Virus record (IMG/VR): IMGVR_UViG_2802429253_000005
Span: 1-21,994 of that record
DNA from: a virus
Lineage: Duplodnaviria > Heunggongvirae > Uroviricota > Caudoviricetes
DNA length: 21,994 bases
Strand: one strand, 5' to 3'
The stretch's first letter is position 1; each line of letters opens with the position of its first letter. A model generated the notes under the pieces. That model saw nothing but the letters and a program-made list of their open reading frames with translations. It was not told the origin of the DNA and ran no database searches. Positions 6,171 to 15,788 of the stretch are shown piece after piece. The position numbers and the translations under genes were made by a program.

Positions 6171-6988
6171 AGCTGGAAGATTTACCGAAATACTACTCCC
6201 CAAAATCGCCTGGCCTGACTGATGCATCCGTCTCGACGTCAAAAGATACGCTGAGTATCACTGATGTGATGGCTGCGCAGGGTATGACACAAAACCGTGC
6301 TGAGATGGGATTTTCTGCGTTCCTGGGGAAAATGGGCATTAGTATGAATGACAGGGCGCGGGCAACAGAATTACTGGCAGATTATGCATTAAGTCAGTGC
6401 GATCGCGTGGCGGCGTTGAGAAAACTTCCGGCAGAAATAAAACCGGCAGTGATGCGCATTATGGCTTCGTACGCTTTTGAGGATTATGCCCGCAGTGCAG
6501 CTAGTAAAAAACAGTGCCCTTGTTGCGGCGGGAAAAAATTTATTGAAAGCGTAGTTTTTACAAACAAGGTCCAGTATCCGGATGGCAAGCCGCCAGTATG
6601 GGCAAAGTGTACAAAAGGCGTGTATCCGTCTTACTGGGAAGAATGGAAAAAAGTCCGGGAAGTGGTAAAAGTTGCCTGTCCTGAATGCGGGGGAAAGGGT
6701 GAGGTCTCCACCGCCTGTAAGGATTGCCGTGGGCGTGGTGTAGCCATTCATCGTGAAGAGTCAGAAAAACGGGGCATGCCTTTTATCAGGGACTGCCAGC
6801 GTTGTGGCGGTCGTGGCTATGAAAGACTGCCGTCGACGGAGGCATTTAATGCCATATGTGAGGTGACAAATCAGATAACACGCGCGTCATGGGAAAAAAC
6901 GGTTAAGCAATTCTATGACACTCTGGTGGTTCGGTTTGACATTGAAGAGGCATGGGCGGAGCGGCAGTTAAAAAAGGTAACCAGATAA
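6167..6988 (+). CDS. Late-gene antiterminator Q-like protein with four CxxCxGxG zinc-finger repeats
   Basis: Gene sits immediately upstream of a promoter/terminator pair and the lysis cassette; ATGA overlap with the rusA stop. Repeats CPCCGGKK, CPECGGKG, CKDCRGRG, CQRCGGRG. Function is assigned from position, not from recognised homology. Confidence 0.55.
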   Translation: MKLEDLPKYYSPKSPGLTDASVSTSKDTLSITDVMAAQGMTQNRAEMGFSAFLGKMGISMNDRARATELLADYALSQCDRVAALRKLPAEIKPAVMRIMASYAFEDYARSAASKKQCPCCGGKKFIESVVFTNKVQYPDGKPPVWAKCTKGVYPSYWEEWKKVREVVKVACPECGGKGEVSTACKDCRGRGVAIHREESEKRGMPFIRDCQRCGGRGYERLPSTEAFNAICEVTNQITRASWEKTVKQFYDTLVVRFDIEEAWAERQLKKVTR

Positions 6989-6993
6989 CAAGG

Positions 6994-7022
6994 TTGATTT
7001 TTCCGGAATCTGTGGTAAATTC
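6994..7022 (+). promoter_or_regulatory. Candidate late promoter (pR'-like)
   Basis: TTGATT (6994-6999), 15-nt spacer, then TGgTAAATT (7012-7020, extended -10 like), just downstream of the Q-like gene. Confidence 0.4.
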
Positions 7023-7068
7023 GCCCTAACGATGGGCGTTTTATGCCTGACGTTAGAAGAATTTTTAC

Positions 7069-7094
7069 AACCCGCCGCCGTGCGGGTTTTTTTG
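7069..7094 (+). terminator. Intrinsic terminator (tR'-like) shortly downstream of the candidate late promoter
   Basis: AACCCGC-CGCCGT-GCGGGTT hairpin followed by TTTTTT; the promoter-short transcript-terminator arrangement is that of lambdoid Q-controlled late transcription. Confidence 0.6.
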
Positions 7095-7373
7095 TCTGCA
7101 CAACAGGTAAGAGCACTGAACCCGCAGACCTCGCGGAATTGGTGAAAGGTGCCGCGCAGTGCTCTTTCCGTTGTGCTGAATTAAGCGAATGCCGGAAGTA
7201 GAACCGGATCAACAAATGCGTACAGGCGTCATCGCCGCCCAGCAACAGCACAACCCAAACTGAGCCGTAGCCACTGGCTGTCCTGAATTCATCAGTGATA
7301 GTTATGCTGCGGCCTTCTTTTTCCCATTCCCAATATAAGAACTACGCAATCCGTTACTTGCGGAGGCGTTGCT

Positions 7374-7589
7374 ATGAAATCAATGGACAAAATCTCAACT
7401 GGCATTGCCTACGGAACATCCGCTGGTAGTGCGGGATACTGGTTTTTGCAGTGGTTGGATCAGGTCAGTCCGTCACAGTGGGCTGCAATTGGAGTGCTTG
7501 GAAGCCTTGTGTTGGGTTTTCTCACTTATCTGACAAATCTGTATTTCAAAATCAGAGAAGACAGACGAAAGGCTGCGAGAGGTGAATAA
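7374..7589 (+). CDS. S: Class II holin, phage 21 S-type pinholin with dual-start motif
   Basis: [28 protein letters not shown]...[12 protein letters not shown] matches S21 (Met1 and Met4 give the antiholin and holin forms); two TM segments. Confidence 0.85.
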   Translation: MKSMDKISTGIAYGTSAGSAGYWFLQWLDQVSPSQWAAIGVLGSLVLGFLTYLTNLYFKIREDRRKAARGE

Positions 7590-8086
7590 TGCCTCCATCA
7601 TTACGAAAAGCCGTTGCTACGGCTATTGGTGGCGGGGCTATTGCTATAGCATCTGTGTTAATCACTGGACCAAGTGGTAACGATGGTCTGGAAGGTGTCA
7701 GTTACATACCATACAAAGATATTGTTGGTGTATGGACTGTATGTCACGGACACACCGGAAAAGACATCATGCTCGGTAAAACGTATACCGAAGCAGAATG
7801 CAAAGCCCTCCTGAATAAAGACCTTGCCACGGTCGCCAGACAAATTAACCCGTACATCAAAGTCGATATACCGGAAACAATGCGCGGCGCTCTTTACTCG
7901 TTCGTCTATAACGTGGGTGCTGGCAATTTCAGAACATCGACGCTTCTTCGCAAAATCAACCAGGGCGATATCAAAGGTGCATGTGATCAACTACGTCGCT
8001 GGACATACGCTGGTGGTAAGCAATGGAAAGGTCTCATGACTCGCCGTGAGATTGAGCGTGAAGTCTGTTTGTGGGGGCAACAATGA
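7589..8086 (+). CDS. R: SAR endolysin (T4-lysozyme-like muramidase with N-terminal signal-anchor-release domain)
   Basis: N-terminal Gly/Ala-rich weak TM segment [20 protein letters not shown]; remainder matches phage 21 R lysozyme as recalled; ATG overlaps the holin stop (TAATG). Confidence 0.85.
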   Translation: MPPSLRKAVATAIGGGAIAIASVLITGPSGNDGLEGVSYIPYKDIVGVWTVCHGHTGKDIMLGKTYTEAECKALLNKDLATVARQINPYIKVDIPETMRGALYSFVYNVGAGNFRTSTLLRKINQGDIKGACDQLRRWTYAGGKQWKGLMTRREIEREVCLWGQQ

Positions 8087-8550
8087 GCAGAGTAACCGCG
8101 ATTACCTCCGCTCTGGTTATCTGCATCATCGTCTGCCTGTCGTGGGCTGTTAATCATTACCGTGATAACGCCATCGCTTACAAAGAGCAGCGCGACAAAA
8201 ACGCCAGAGAGTTGAAGTTGGCGAACGCCACCATCGCTGACATGCAGCAGCGTCAGCGTGATGTTGCTGCGCTCGATGCAAAGTACTCGAGAGAATTAGC
8301 TAATGCGAAAGCTGAAAATGAAACTCTGCGCGCTGATGTTGCCGCTGGTCGTAAGCGCCTGCGGGTCAATGCCAGTTGCTACGCAGCCGTGCGTGAATCC
8401 ACCGGACCCACCAGCGTGGATAATGCAACCATCCCCCGACTGGCAGACACCGCTGAACGGGATTATTTCACCCTCAGAGAGCGGCTGATGACGATGCAGA
8501 TGCAACTGGAAGGGGCACAGGAGTATATCCGCACTCAGTGCATTAAGTAG
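8083..8550 (+). CDS. Rz: Rz-like inner-membrane spanin (i-spanin)
   Basis: ATG 8083 overlaps the endolysin stop (ATGA); N-terminal TM helix followed by a long coiled-coil periplasmic domain; Rz1 is embedded in the +1 frame. Confidence 0.8.
   Translation: MSRVTAITSALVICIIVCLSWAVNHYRDNAIAYKEQRDKNARELKLANATIADMQQRQRDVAALDAKYSRELANAKAENETLRADVAAGRKRLRVNASCYAAVRESTGPTSVDNATIPRLADTAERDYFTLRERLMTMQMQLEGAQEYIRTQCIK
8303..8488 (+). CDS. Rz1: Rz1-like outer-membrane lipoprotein spanin (o-spanin), embedded within Rz
   Basis: [21 protein letters not shown]... with lipobox and proline-rich mature region ([27 protein letters not shown]), very similar to lambda Rz1. Confidence 0.8.
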   Translation: MRKLKMKLCALMLPLVVSACGSMPVATQPCVNPPDPPAWIMQPSPDWQTPLNGIISPSESG

Positions 8551-8592
8551 CCTTTTTATCGTGGTAAACATTTCGCAGGGTATGAGGTATTT

Positions 8593-8943
8593 ATGCCATC
8601 ACTAATCCCACGTGCCTGCCGTAAGCGTGGATGTGCAGGTACAACCACAGACAGTTCTGGTTACTGCGATAAACATCGTGGCGAAGGATGGGTACAGCAT
8701 CAACGCGGACTGAGTCGCCACCAGCGTGGCTATGGCTCGAAATGGGATGCCATACGTGCGCGCATACTGAAGCGTGATAATCATCTGTGTCAAAACTGCC
8801 TGCGCAATGGGAGAGCCGTTGAAGCCAGAACTGTGGACCACATCATTCCGAAAGCTCATGGTGGCACAGATGCAGACAGTAACCTGCAGAGTCTGTGCTG
8901 GCCCTGCCATAAAGCAAAAACAGCGCGCGAACGCATCAATTGA
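8593..8943 (+). CDS. HNH endonuclease associated with the terminase
   Basis: 116 aa with CxxC...HxxxxxxGG...N...CxxCH pattern (DHIIPKAHGG, CWPCH); located just upstream of terS as in HK97-like cos phages. Confidence 0.8.
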   Translation: MPSLIPRACRKRGCAGTTTDSSGYCDKHRGEGWVQHQRGLSRHQRGYGSKWDAIRARILKRDNHLCQNCLRNGRAVEARTVDHIIPKAHGGTDADSNLQSLCWPCHKAKTARERIN

Positions 8944-9090
8944 TAACAGCTCCCATCTGCAGGGGAGGGGCGGGTCAAATCTCTGCAACCCTGGCTGTTC
9001 AGTACCGCCGCCTGACCTTTCCTCGCATCGCCGCAGGTTCGAAAACTTTTTTTTGGAATGTGATTAAATGATTGATAGGTAAAACCGATT

Positions 9091-9573
9091 ATGTCAGGAC
9101 CCCCGAAAACCCCGCCACGCCTGCATTTGATACGAGGCAACCCCTCAAAGCGCCCCGTTAAAGACCCCAAAAAAGCCGCTAAAAAGGATGAAAAAGGTCT
9201 CCCTAAAATTCCGCAACATTTAGGGGCGCAGGGGAAGTACTGGTTCAGGCGAATGGCGGAAGAACTGAATGCGGAAGGGATCATTTCTCAGCTTGATGCG
9301 CGTGCACTCGAGTTACTGGTGGAAGCCTACACCGAATACCGGCATCACTGCGAAACACTCGATGTTGAGGGGTACACCTACCGCACGGAAACGCAGAACG
9401 GTGATGTGCTGATTAAGGCACACCCGGCTGCTGCGATGAAAGCGGATGCCTGGAAGCGGATCCGGGCGATGCTTGCAGAATTTGGTATGTCACCGGCAAG
9501 CCGGGCGAAAGTAAATACCGCCGGACCGGATGATGTTGATCCGCTGGCAGAGCTTTTAAAAGCGAGAGACTGA
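9091..9573 (+). CDS. terS: Terminase small subunit (P27/HK97-type)
   Basis: 160 aa, basic N-terminus; immediately upstream of and overlapping the large terminase gene (TGATG). Confidence 0.7.
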   Translation: MSGPPKTPPRLHLIRGNPSKRPVKDPKKAAKKDEKGLPKIPQHLGAQGKYWFRRMAEELNAEGIISQLDARALELLVEAYTEYRHHCETLDVEGYTYRTETQNGDVLIKAHPAAAMKADAWKRIRAMLAEFGMSPASRAKVNTAGPDDVDPLAELLKARD

Positions 9574-11330
9574 TGGCAAAAGTGGCTGACGGGATCCGCT
9601 ACGCCGAACGTGTTGTTGCAGGAGAAATAGTCGCTGGCGAATTTGTCCGTCTGGCCTGCCAGCGTTTTCTTGATGATCTGAAGTATGGCGAAGAGCGGGG
9701 GATTTATTTTAGTGAACCCCGTGCGCAGCACATCCTGAATTTCTACAAATTTGTGCCTCATGTGAAAGGGGCGCTGGCAGGCCAGCCCATTGAATTGATG
9801 GACTGGCATGTATTTATCCTCATTAATATTTTTGGTTTTGTCATTCCGCTGGTGAATGAAGAGACCGGGGAAGTTGTCATGCGCAGCGATGGCAGCGGAC
9901 GCCCGGTGATGGTGCGCCGGTTCCGGACGGCGTACAACGAAGTTGCCCGTAAAAACGCAAAATCAACCCTGTCATCGGGTATCGGTCTGTATATGACGGG
10001 GGCAGATGGTGAAGGCGGGGCTGAGGTGTATTCAGCCGCAACCACGCGTGACCAGGCCAGAATTGTGTTTGAAGACGCCAAAAATATGGTCAGAAAAGCC
10101 CGGTCGACACTCGGGCGGTTGTTTGATTTCAACAAGCTGGCGATTTACCAGGAGCAGAGCGCATCAAAATTTGAACCGCTTTCCTCGGATGCAAACAACC
10201 TGGACGGTCTGAACATCCACTGCGCCATTATTGATGAGCTGCATGCTCATAAAACCCGTGACGTGTGGGACGTTCTGGAAACGGCAACCGGTGCCCGTCT
10301 GCAGTCCCTGTTATTTGGTATCACCACGGCGGGCTTTAACAAGGAAGGGATTTGTTACGAGCAACGCGATTACGCCATCAAGGTATTGCGAGGCTATAAC
10401 AGTGACGTGGAGGGCGCGGTAAAAGATGACTCCTACTTTGCGATTATTTACACGCTCGATGAGGGAGATGATCCGTTTGATGAAACGGTCTGGCAGAAAG
10501 CGAATCCGGGCCTGGGCATCTGTAAACGCTGGGATGATCTGCGTCGTCTGGCGAAAAAAGCGAAGGAGCAGGTCTCGGCGCGGGTGAATTTTTTCACCAA
10601 ACACATGAATGTGTGGGTCACTGCCGAATCGGCCTGGATGGACATGATTAAGTGGGAGAAGTGCGAATATATTGCTCCACAGCATGAGCTGAAAACGTAT
10701 CCCATGTGGGTCGGTGTCGACCTTGCTCATAAGATTGATATCTGCGCGGCGGCAAAACTCTGGCGAACCGATAACGGGCATGTTCATGCCGATTTTAAAT
10801 TCTGGCTTCCGGAAGGGCGACTGGATCGGTGTTCACGGCAGCAGGCAGAACTTTACCGGAAGTGGGCGGAGATGGATAAGCTCATCCTGACGGATGGTGA
10901 TGTTATCGATCATGCTCAGATAAAAAGTGACCTACTGGAATGGATTGGCGGTGAAAACCTGAGGGAACTGGGATTTGACCCGTGGAGCGCAATGCAGTTC
11001 AGTCTGGCGCTGGCTGAAGAAGGGATACCGCTGGTGGAAGTTCCGCAGACGGTCCGCAATCTGTCAGAGGCCATGAAGGAAACGGAATCACTGGTCTATG
11101 CCGGGCGTTTCCATCACAGCAATCATCCGGTCATGAACTGGATGATGTCTAACGTTACGGTGAAACCGGACAAAAACGACAATATTTTCCCGAATAAATC
11201 CACGCCGGAAGCCAAAATCGACGGTCCTGTTGCGATGTTTACAGCAATGAGCCGGATGCTGGTCAATGGCGGTGAACCGGAGCCGGATCTGTCTGAACAC
11301 CTGATTAGTGTTGGTATCCGCTCGCTTTAA
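9573..11330 (+). CDS. terL: Terminase large subunit (ATPase plus nuclease)
   Basis: 585 aa; position and size; Walker-like motifs (e.g. [10 protein letters not shown] as Walker B-like); HK97-type gene order. Confidence 0.85.
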   Translation: MAKVADGIRYAERVVAGEIVAGEFVRLACQRFLDDLKYGEERGIYFSEPRAQHILNFYKFVPHVKGALAGQPIELMDWHVFILINIFGFVIPLVNEETGEVVMRSDGSGRPVMVRRFRTAYNEVARKNAKSTLSSGIGLYMTGADGEGGAEVYSAATTRDQARIVFEDAKNMVRKARSTLGRLFDFNKLAIYQEQSASKFEPLSSDANNLDGLNIHCAIIDELHAHKTRDVWDVLETATGARLQSLLFGITTAGFNKEGICYEQRDYAIKVLRGYNSDVEGAVKDDSYFAIIYTLDEGDDPFDETVWQKANPGLGICKRWDDLRRLAKKAKEQVSARVNFFTKHMNVWVTAESAWMDMIKWEKCEYIAPQHELKTYPMWVGVDLAHKIDICAAAKLWRTDNGHVHADFKFWLPEGRLDRCSRQQAELYRKWAEMDKLILTDGDVIDHAQIKSDLLEWIGGENLRELGFDPWSAMQFSLALAEEGIPLVEVPQTVRNLSEAMKETESLVYAGRFHHSNHPVMNWMMSNVTVKPDKNDNIFPNKSTPEAKIDGPVAMFTAMSRMLVNGGEPEPDLSEHLISVGIRSL

Positions 11331-11341
11331 CCGAGGGCATT

Positions 11342-11524
11342 ATGTTTCTGATAATTCTCACGCCACTGGTGGGTGTGCTGGGGGCGCTTTTGCTGTCGTA
11401 TGGTGCCTGGCTGATTTATCCCCCGTCGGGTTTTGTTGTTGCCGGGGCGCTGTGTCTGTGCTGGTCGTGGCTGGTTGCGCGTTATCTCGATCGCGGTCAG
11501 CGGGTCGCCTCCGGAGGTGAGTAA
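11342..11524 (+). CDS. Small membrane protein (2 predicted TM helices), hypothetical
   Basis: GAGGG RBS upstream of ATG 11342; stop overlaps the portal ATG (TAATG), so it is embedded in the packaging operon; very hydrophobic 60-aa product. Confidence 0.45.
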   Translation: MFLIILTPLVGVLGALLLSYGAWLIYPPSGFVVAGALCLCWSWLVARYLDRGQRVASGGE

Positions 11525-12765
11525 TGTTTTTCCAGGGGCTTTTTCAACGCAAAAATAACACTCCCGTTACAACACCCGGGATGCTTGCGGAAGAGTTGGG
11601 ATTGTCATACGACACCTATACCGGAAAGCGGATCAGCAGTCAGCGGGCCATGCGGCTGACGGCGGTGTATTCCTGCGTCAGAGTGCTGGCGGAGTCTGTT
11701 GGTATGCTGCCCTGTAGCCTCTACAAAATCACCGGCACCCTTAAAACACGGGCGGTGGATGAACGACTGCATAAGCTGATTTCGGCAAAACCCAATGGCT
11801 ACATGACACCGCAGGAATTCTGGGAACTGGTCATTGTCTGCCTGTGTTTGCGGGGGAATTTTTACGCTTACAAGGTGAAGGCGCTGGGAGAAGTGGTGGA
11901 GCTTCTTCCGATAGATCCGGGTTGTGTGGAGCCGAAGCTGAACTGTCAGTGGCAGCCGGTTTATCAGGTGACGTTTCCGGATGGTTCCGTGGATGTGCTG
12001 ACCCAGGATGAAATCTGGCATGTGCGTACTCTGACGCTGGACGGACTGGTCGGGCTGAATCCCATTGCGTATGCGCGTGAGGCCATTTCACTGGCAGCGG
12101 CAACCGAGGAGCACGGCGCCAGGTTGTTTGGTAACGGTGCTGTGACATCCGGTGTGTTGCGTACGGAACAAAAGCTCACGCCGGATGCTTATGAGCGCAT
12201 GAAGAGGGATTTTGAGGAGCGTCATCTTGGGCTGGGTAATGCGCACCGTCCGATGATTCTGGAAATGGGGCTGGACTGGAAGCCGGTGGCACTGAATGCC
12301 GAGGACAGCCAGTTCCTGGAAACCCGCAAGTTTCAGTTGGAAGAAATCTGTCGTCTTTTCCGCGTGCCACTGCATATGGTGCAGAACACTGACCGCGCCA
12401 CCTTCAACAATATTGAAGAGCTGGGGCTTGGCTTCATTAACTATTCCCTTGTGCCGTATCTGACCCGTATTGAACAGCGGATCAATACAGGGCTGGTGAG
12501 GGAGAGTAAAAAGGGAAAATTTTACGCCAAATTTAATGCCGGGGCGTTGTTGCGTGGTGACATGAAATCCCGCTTTGAAGCGTATGCCACGGGGATCAAC
12601 TGGGGGATTTATTCCCCTAATGACTGCCGTGATCTGGAAGATATGAATCCCCGACCGGGCGGTGATGTGTATCTGACACCGATGAACATGACCACCAGTC
12701 CCTCTGCTGGCGATGACAACGGTAAGAAAAAGGAGAGTGGAGATGCAGACAAAACAGCGTCTTGA
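11524..12765 (+). CDS. Portal protein (HK97 family)
   Basis: 413 aa; GGAGGTGA RBS; lies between terminase and prohead protease; acidic C-terminus. Confidence 0.85.
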   Translation: MFFQGLFQRKNNTPVTTPGMLAEELGLSYDTYTGKRISSQRAMRLTAVYSCVRVLAESVGMLPCSLYKITGTLKTRAVDERLHKLISAKPNGYMTPQEFWELVIVCLCLRGNFYAYKVKALGEVVELLPIDPGCVEPKLNCQWQPVYQVTFPDGSVDVLTQDEIWHVRTLTLDGLVGLNPIAYAREAISLAAATEEHGARLFGNGAVTSGVLRTEQKLTPDAYERMKRDFEERHLGLGNAHRPMILEMGLDWKPVALNAEDSQFLETRKFQLEEICRLFRVPLHMVQNTDRATFNNIEELGLGFINYSLVPYLTRIEQRINTGLVRESKKGKFYAKFNAGALLRGDMKSRFEAYATGINWGIYSPNDCRDLEDMNPRPGGDVYLTPMNMTTSPSAGDDNGKKKESGDADKTAS

Positions 12766-13393
12766 TATACCGCTGAACCTGAAATCCGTCAGTGATTCCG
12801 GGGAATTTGAAGGTTACGGTTCTGTTTTTGGTGTTAAGGACAGCCACGATGATGTGGTGGTCCCCGGAGCCTTTACCACAACACTCCAGAAATGGAGCGA
12901 AAAAAAGGCGCTGCCTGCGTTGCTCTGGCAGCACCGCATAGATGAGCCCATCGGTGTGTACACCGAAATGAAAGAAGATGATGTCGGGCTTTATGTCAGG
13001 GGACGATTACTCATTGATGATGATCCCCTGGCAAAACGTGCACATGCCCATATGAAGGCCGGTTCTTTAACCGGCCTTTCTATTGGCTACATCCTGAAAG
13101 ACTGGGAGTACGACCGTGAAAAAGGGGTATTCCTGCTGAAAGAGATCGACCTGTGGGAGGTCAGTCTGGTGACGTTTCCTTCCAATGATGAGGCTCGCAT
13201 CAGCGATGTGAAAAATGCGCTGGCGCGTGGGGAGATCCCTGATCAGAAAATCATTGAGCGGGTCCTGCGCGATGTTGGACTTTCGCGAACCCAGGCCAAA
13301 GCATTCATGGCCGGGGGATACGGCGCTTTATCCCTGCGTAATGCTGAGGATGTGGATGCCGCACTGAATGCATTGAAAAATCTTAAATTTTAA
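12743..13393 (+). CDS. Prohead maturation protease (HK97 family)
   Basis: ATG 12743 preceded by AGGAGAG; lies between portal and major capsid protein; ~216 aa. Confidence 0.8.
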   Translation: MQTKQRLDIPLNLKSVSDSGEFEGYGSVFGVKDSHDDVVVPGAFTTTLQKWSEKKALPALLWQHRIDEPIGVYTEMKEDDVGLYVRGRLLIDDDPLAKRAHAHMKAGSLTGLSIGYILKDWEYDREKGVFLLKEIDLWEVSLVTFPSNDEARISDVKNALARGEIPDQKIIERVLRDVGLSRTQAKAFMAGGYGALSLRNAEDVDAALNALKNLKF

Positions 13394-13406
13394 CCAGGAG
13401 TAAATA

Positions 13407-14633
13407 ATGGCTGTTGATATTAAAGACGTTGAACAGGTCGCGCAGGATTTGCAGCAGAAGTTTGACGATTTTAAGGCAAAAAACGACAAGCGCATTGACG
13501 CGATCGAACAGGAAAAAAGCAAGCTGGCCGAACAGGTGGAAAGCCTGAACGGGCAAATCAGCGAGCTGGAGAACCTGAAAAGCGACCTGGAAAAAGAGCT
13601 GGCAGACATCAAGCGTCCGGCAGGCGGCACGCAAAATAAAGTTGCCGGTGAACACAAAGAAGCGTTTATCGGATTTATGCGCAAGGGGCGTGAAGACGGT
13701 CTGCGTGAACTTGAACGTAAGGCGCTTCAGGTAGGTAATGATGAAGATGGTGGTTATGCCATTCCGGAAGAACTGGATCGTACCATCCTGACGCTGCTGA
13801 AAGATGAGGTGGTGATGCGCCAGGAAGCCACTGTGATCACCCTCGGTGGCTCGGATTATAAAAAACTGGTGAATCTGGGCGGCACTAAGTCCGGATGGGT
13901 GGGGGAAACGGATACGCGTCCGGAAACCGCCACCTCAAAACTGGGGCTGATTGAACCTTTTATGGGGGAAATCTACGGCAACCCGCAGGCTACCCAGAAA
14001 ATGCTCGATGATGCTTTTTTCAATGTGGAAGACTGGATCAACAGTGAACTGGCGCTGGAATTTGCCGAACAGGAAGAAATTGCCTTTACCAGTGGCGACG
14101 GCAGCAAAAAACCAAAAGGTTTTCTGGCTTATGAGTCCACCGATGAAGATGACAAGACCCGTGCGTTTGGCAAACTTCAGCACATCGCTTCCGGTTCGGC
14201 TTCTGGCGTGACCGCTGATGCGATCATTAAACTGATTTACACCCTGCGCAAGGCGCACCGTAGCGGCGCGAAGTTCATGATGAATAACAGCAGCCTGTTT
14301 GCCATTCGCCTGCTGAAGGATAACGACGGAAATTATCTGTGGCGTCCGGGCATTGAGCTGGGTCAGCCTTCTTCACTGGCGGGGTATGGCATCGTTGAGA
14401 ATGAGCAGATGCCGGATATTGCTGCCGATGCAAAAGCCATTGCGTTTGGTAACTTCAAACGCGGCTATACCATTGTTGATCGCATCGGTACCCGTATCCT
14501 GCGTGACCCGTACACCAACAAACCGTTTGTGGGCTTTTATACCACCAAGCGAACCGGCGGTATGCTGGTGGATTCTCAGGCGATTAAGCTGATGAAAATT
14601 GGGGCCGCAACCCGCCAGAAAGCCGCGGCGTAA
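13407..14633 (+). CDS. Major capsid protein (HK97 fold) with N-terminal coiled-coil scaffolding (delta) domain
   Basis: 408 aa; AGGAG RBS; N-terminal ~100 aa strongly coiled-coil (EQEKSKLAEQVESLNGQISELENLKSDLEKELADIK); follows the protease. Confidence 0.9.
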   Translation: MAVDIKDVEQVAQDLQQKFDDFKAKNDKRIDAIEQEKSKLAEQVESLNGQISELENLKSDLEKELADIKRPAGGTQNKVAGEHKEAFIGFMRKGREDGLRELERKALQVGNDEDGGYAIPEELDRTILTLLKDEVVMRQEATVITLGGSDYKKLVNLGGTKSGWVGETDTRPETATSKLGLIEPFMGEIYGNPQATQKMLDDAFFNVEDWINSELALEFAEQEEIAFTSGDGSKKPKGFLAYESTDEDDKTRAFGKLQHIASGSASGVTADAIIKLIYTLRKAHRSGAKFMMNNSSLFAIRLLKDNDGNYLWRPGIELGQPSSLAGYGIVENEQMPDIAADAKAIAFGNFKRGYTIVDRIGTRILRDPYTNKPFVGFYTTKRTGGMLVDSQAIKLMKIGAATRQKAAA

Positions 14634-14646
14634 TGCGGTTTTTTAT

Positions 14647-14666
14647 GCCCGCACAGTGTTGCGGGC
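14647..14666 (+). other. Stem-loop immediately after the major capsid gene
   Basis: GCCCGCA-CAGTGT-TGCGGGC; not followed by a U-tract, so more likely a stabiliser or processing site than a full terminator. Confidence 0.35.
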
Positions 14667-14677
14667 AGGAGTTTCTG

Positions 14678-14995
14678 ATGGCAGCAATAGTGGAAAAACT
14701 CAGGGCGCAGTGCCGTATTGATACAGATGATGCAACTGATGATGAGTTACTGATGCTGTATTTCCGGGCTGCCTGCCGCAAGGCAGAAAATTTTATCAAC
14801 CGTAAGCTTTATGAGGAGACGGTGCCGGAAGGTGATCCTGACGGGGTGCTTATAGCTGATGATGTTTTGCTGGCGCTCATGTTGCTGGTCGGACACTGGT
14901 ACGAAAACCGGGAAAATTCCTCAGATGTCAGCAAGGCACCAGTCCCGTTTGGTTTTTCTTCTCTGCTGGAGCCTTATCGTTTTATTCCTTTGTAG
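14678..14995 (+). CDS. Head-tail connector protein (gp6-like)
   Basis: ATG 14678 preceded by AGGAG; 105 aa; position right after the capsid gene. Confidence 0.55.
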   Translation: MAAIVEKLRAQCRIDTDDATDDELLMLYFRAACRKAENFINRKLYEETVPEGDPDGVLIADDVLLALMLLVGHWYENRENSSDVSKAPVPFGFSSLLEPYRFIPL

Positions 14996-15003
14996 GAGGA
15001 ACC

Positions 15004-15342
15004 ATGCAGGCGGGCAGATTACGTGATCGCGTAACTATTCTGAATGTCACCACCGCCCGCTCTCCGTCAGGGCATCCGGTGGAGACGGTGACGGAGGGAG
15101 CTACCGTATGGGCAGAAGTTAAGGGTATCAGCGGGAGGGAGATAATCTCAGGCGGAGCAGAAACCGCTCAGGCTACGGTCAGAGTCTGGATGAGATTCCG
15201 GCGCGATGTGACAGCGACTTCACGTCTGAAAGTGCTGACCGGTGCATTTAAAGGGGCCATTCTGGGTATAGAAGGTCCACCAATACCGGATGCACGCGCC
15301 ACCCGGCTTGAAATACTCTGCAGCCTGAAGGGGAATGTGTGA
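15004..15342 (+). CDS. Head-tail adaptor / head closure protein
   Basis: 112 aa; GGAGGA RBS; position within the HK97-type head completion cluster. Confidence 0.6.
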   Translation: MQAGRLRDRVTILNVTTARSPSGHPVETVTEGATVWAEVKGISGREIISGGAETAQATVRVWMRFRRDVTATSRLKVLTGAFKGAILGIEGPPIPDARATRLEILCSLKGNV

Positions 15343-15788
15343 TGGATTTCAGTCTTGATTTTTCCGGCCTGGCGGATATTGCACGGGATCTGGAGACGCT
15401 CAGCAGGGCAGAAAACAATAAGGTTCTGCGCGATGCCACCCGTGCCGGTGCTGAAGTTATGCGGGATGCAGTTGTTGAACGTGCGCCGGAGCGAACCGGG
15501 AAACTGAAGAAAAATGTGGTTGTTCTCACTCAGCGTTCAAAGCGTCGGGGGGAAATTATCTCGGGTGTCCACATTCGCGGACGGAACCTGCGAACCGGAA
15601 ACAGTGATGACAGCATGAAAGCCAGCGATCCCCGAAATGCGTTTTACTGGCGCTTTGTGGAGCTGGGAACGATAAACATGCCCGCGCATCCATTCATTCG
15701 CCCGGCTTTCGATACGACAGAGGAGCTGGCGGCGCAGGTTGCCATACAGCGAATGAATCAGGCTATTGATGAGGTCTTAAGTAAATGA
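15339..15788 (+). CDS. HK97 gp10-like neck / tail completion protein
   Basis: 149 aa; start overlaps upstream stop; positional and compositional match. Confidence 0.55.
   Translation: MMDFSLDFSGLADIARDLETLSRAENNKVLRDATRAGAEVMRDAVVERAPERTGKLKKNVVVLTQRSKRRGEIISGVHIRGRNLRTGNSDDSMKASDPRNAFYWRFVELGTINMPAHPFIRPAFDTTEELAAQVAIQRMNQAIDEVLSK

Noticed and set aside
7100-7373. tRNA or toxin cargo gene in the Q-to-holin intergenic region
   Set aside because: No T-loop-like GGTTCRAATCC motif or cloverleaf-compatible segment and no ORF with a ribosome-binding site; only inverted repeats.
9378-12375. Several minus-strand ORFs (60-158 aa) antisense to the terminase and portal genes
   Set aside because: All lie inside strongly supported plus-strand structural genes, lack ribosome-binding sites, and have compositions typical of antisense frames.
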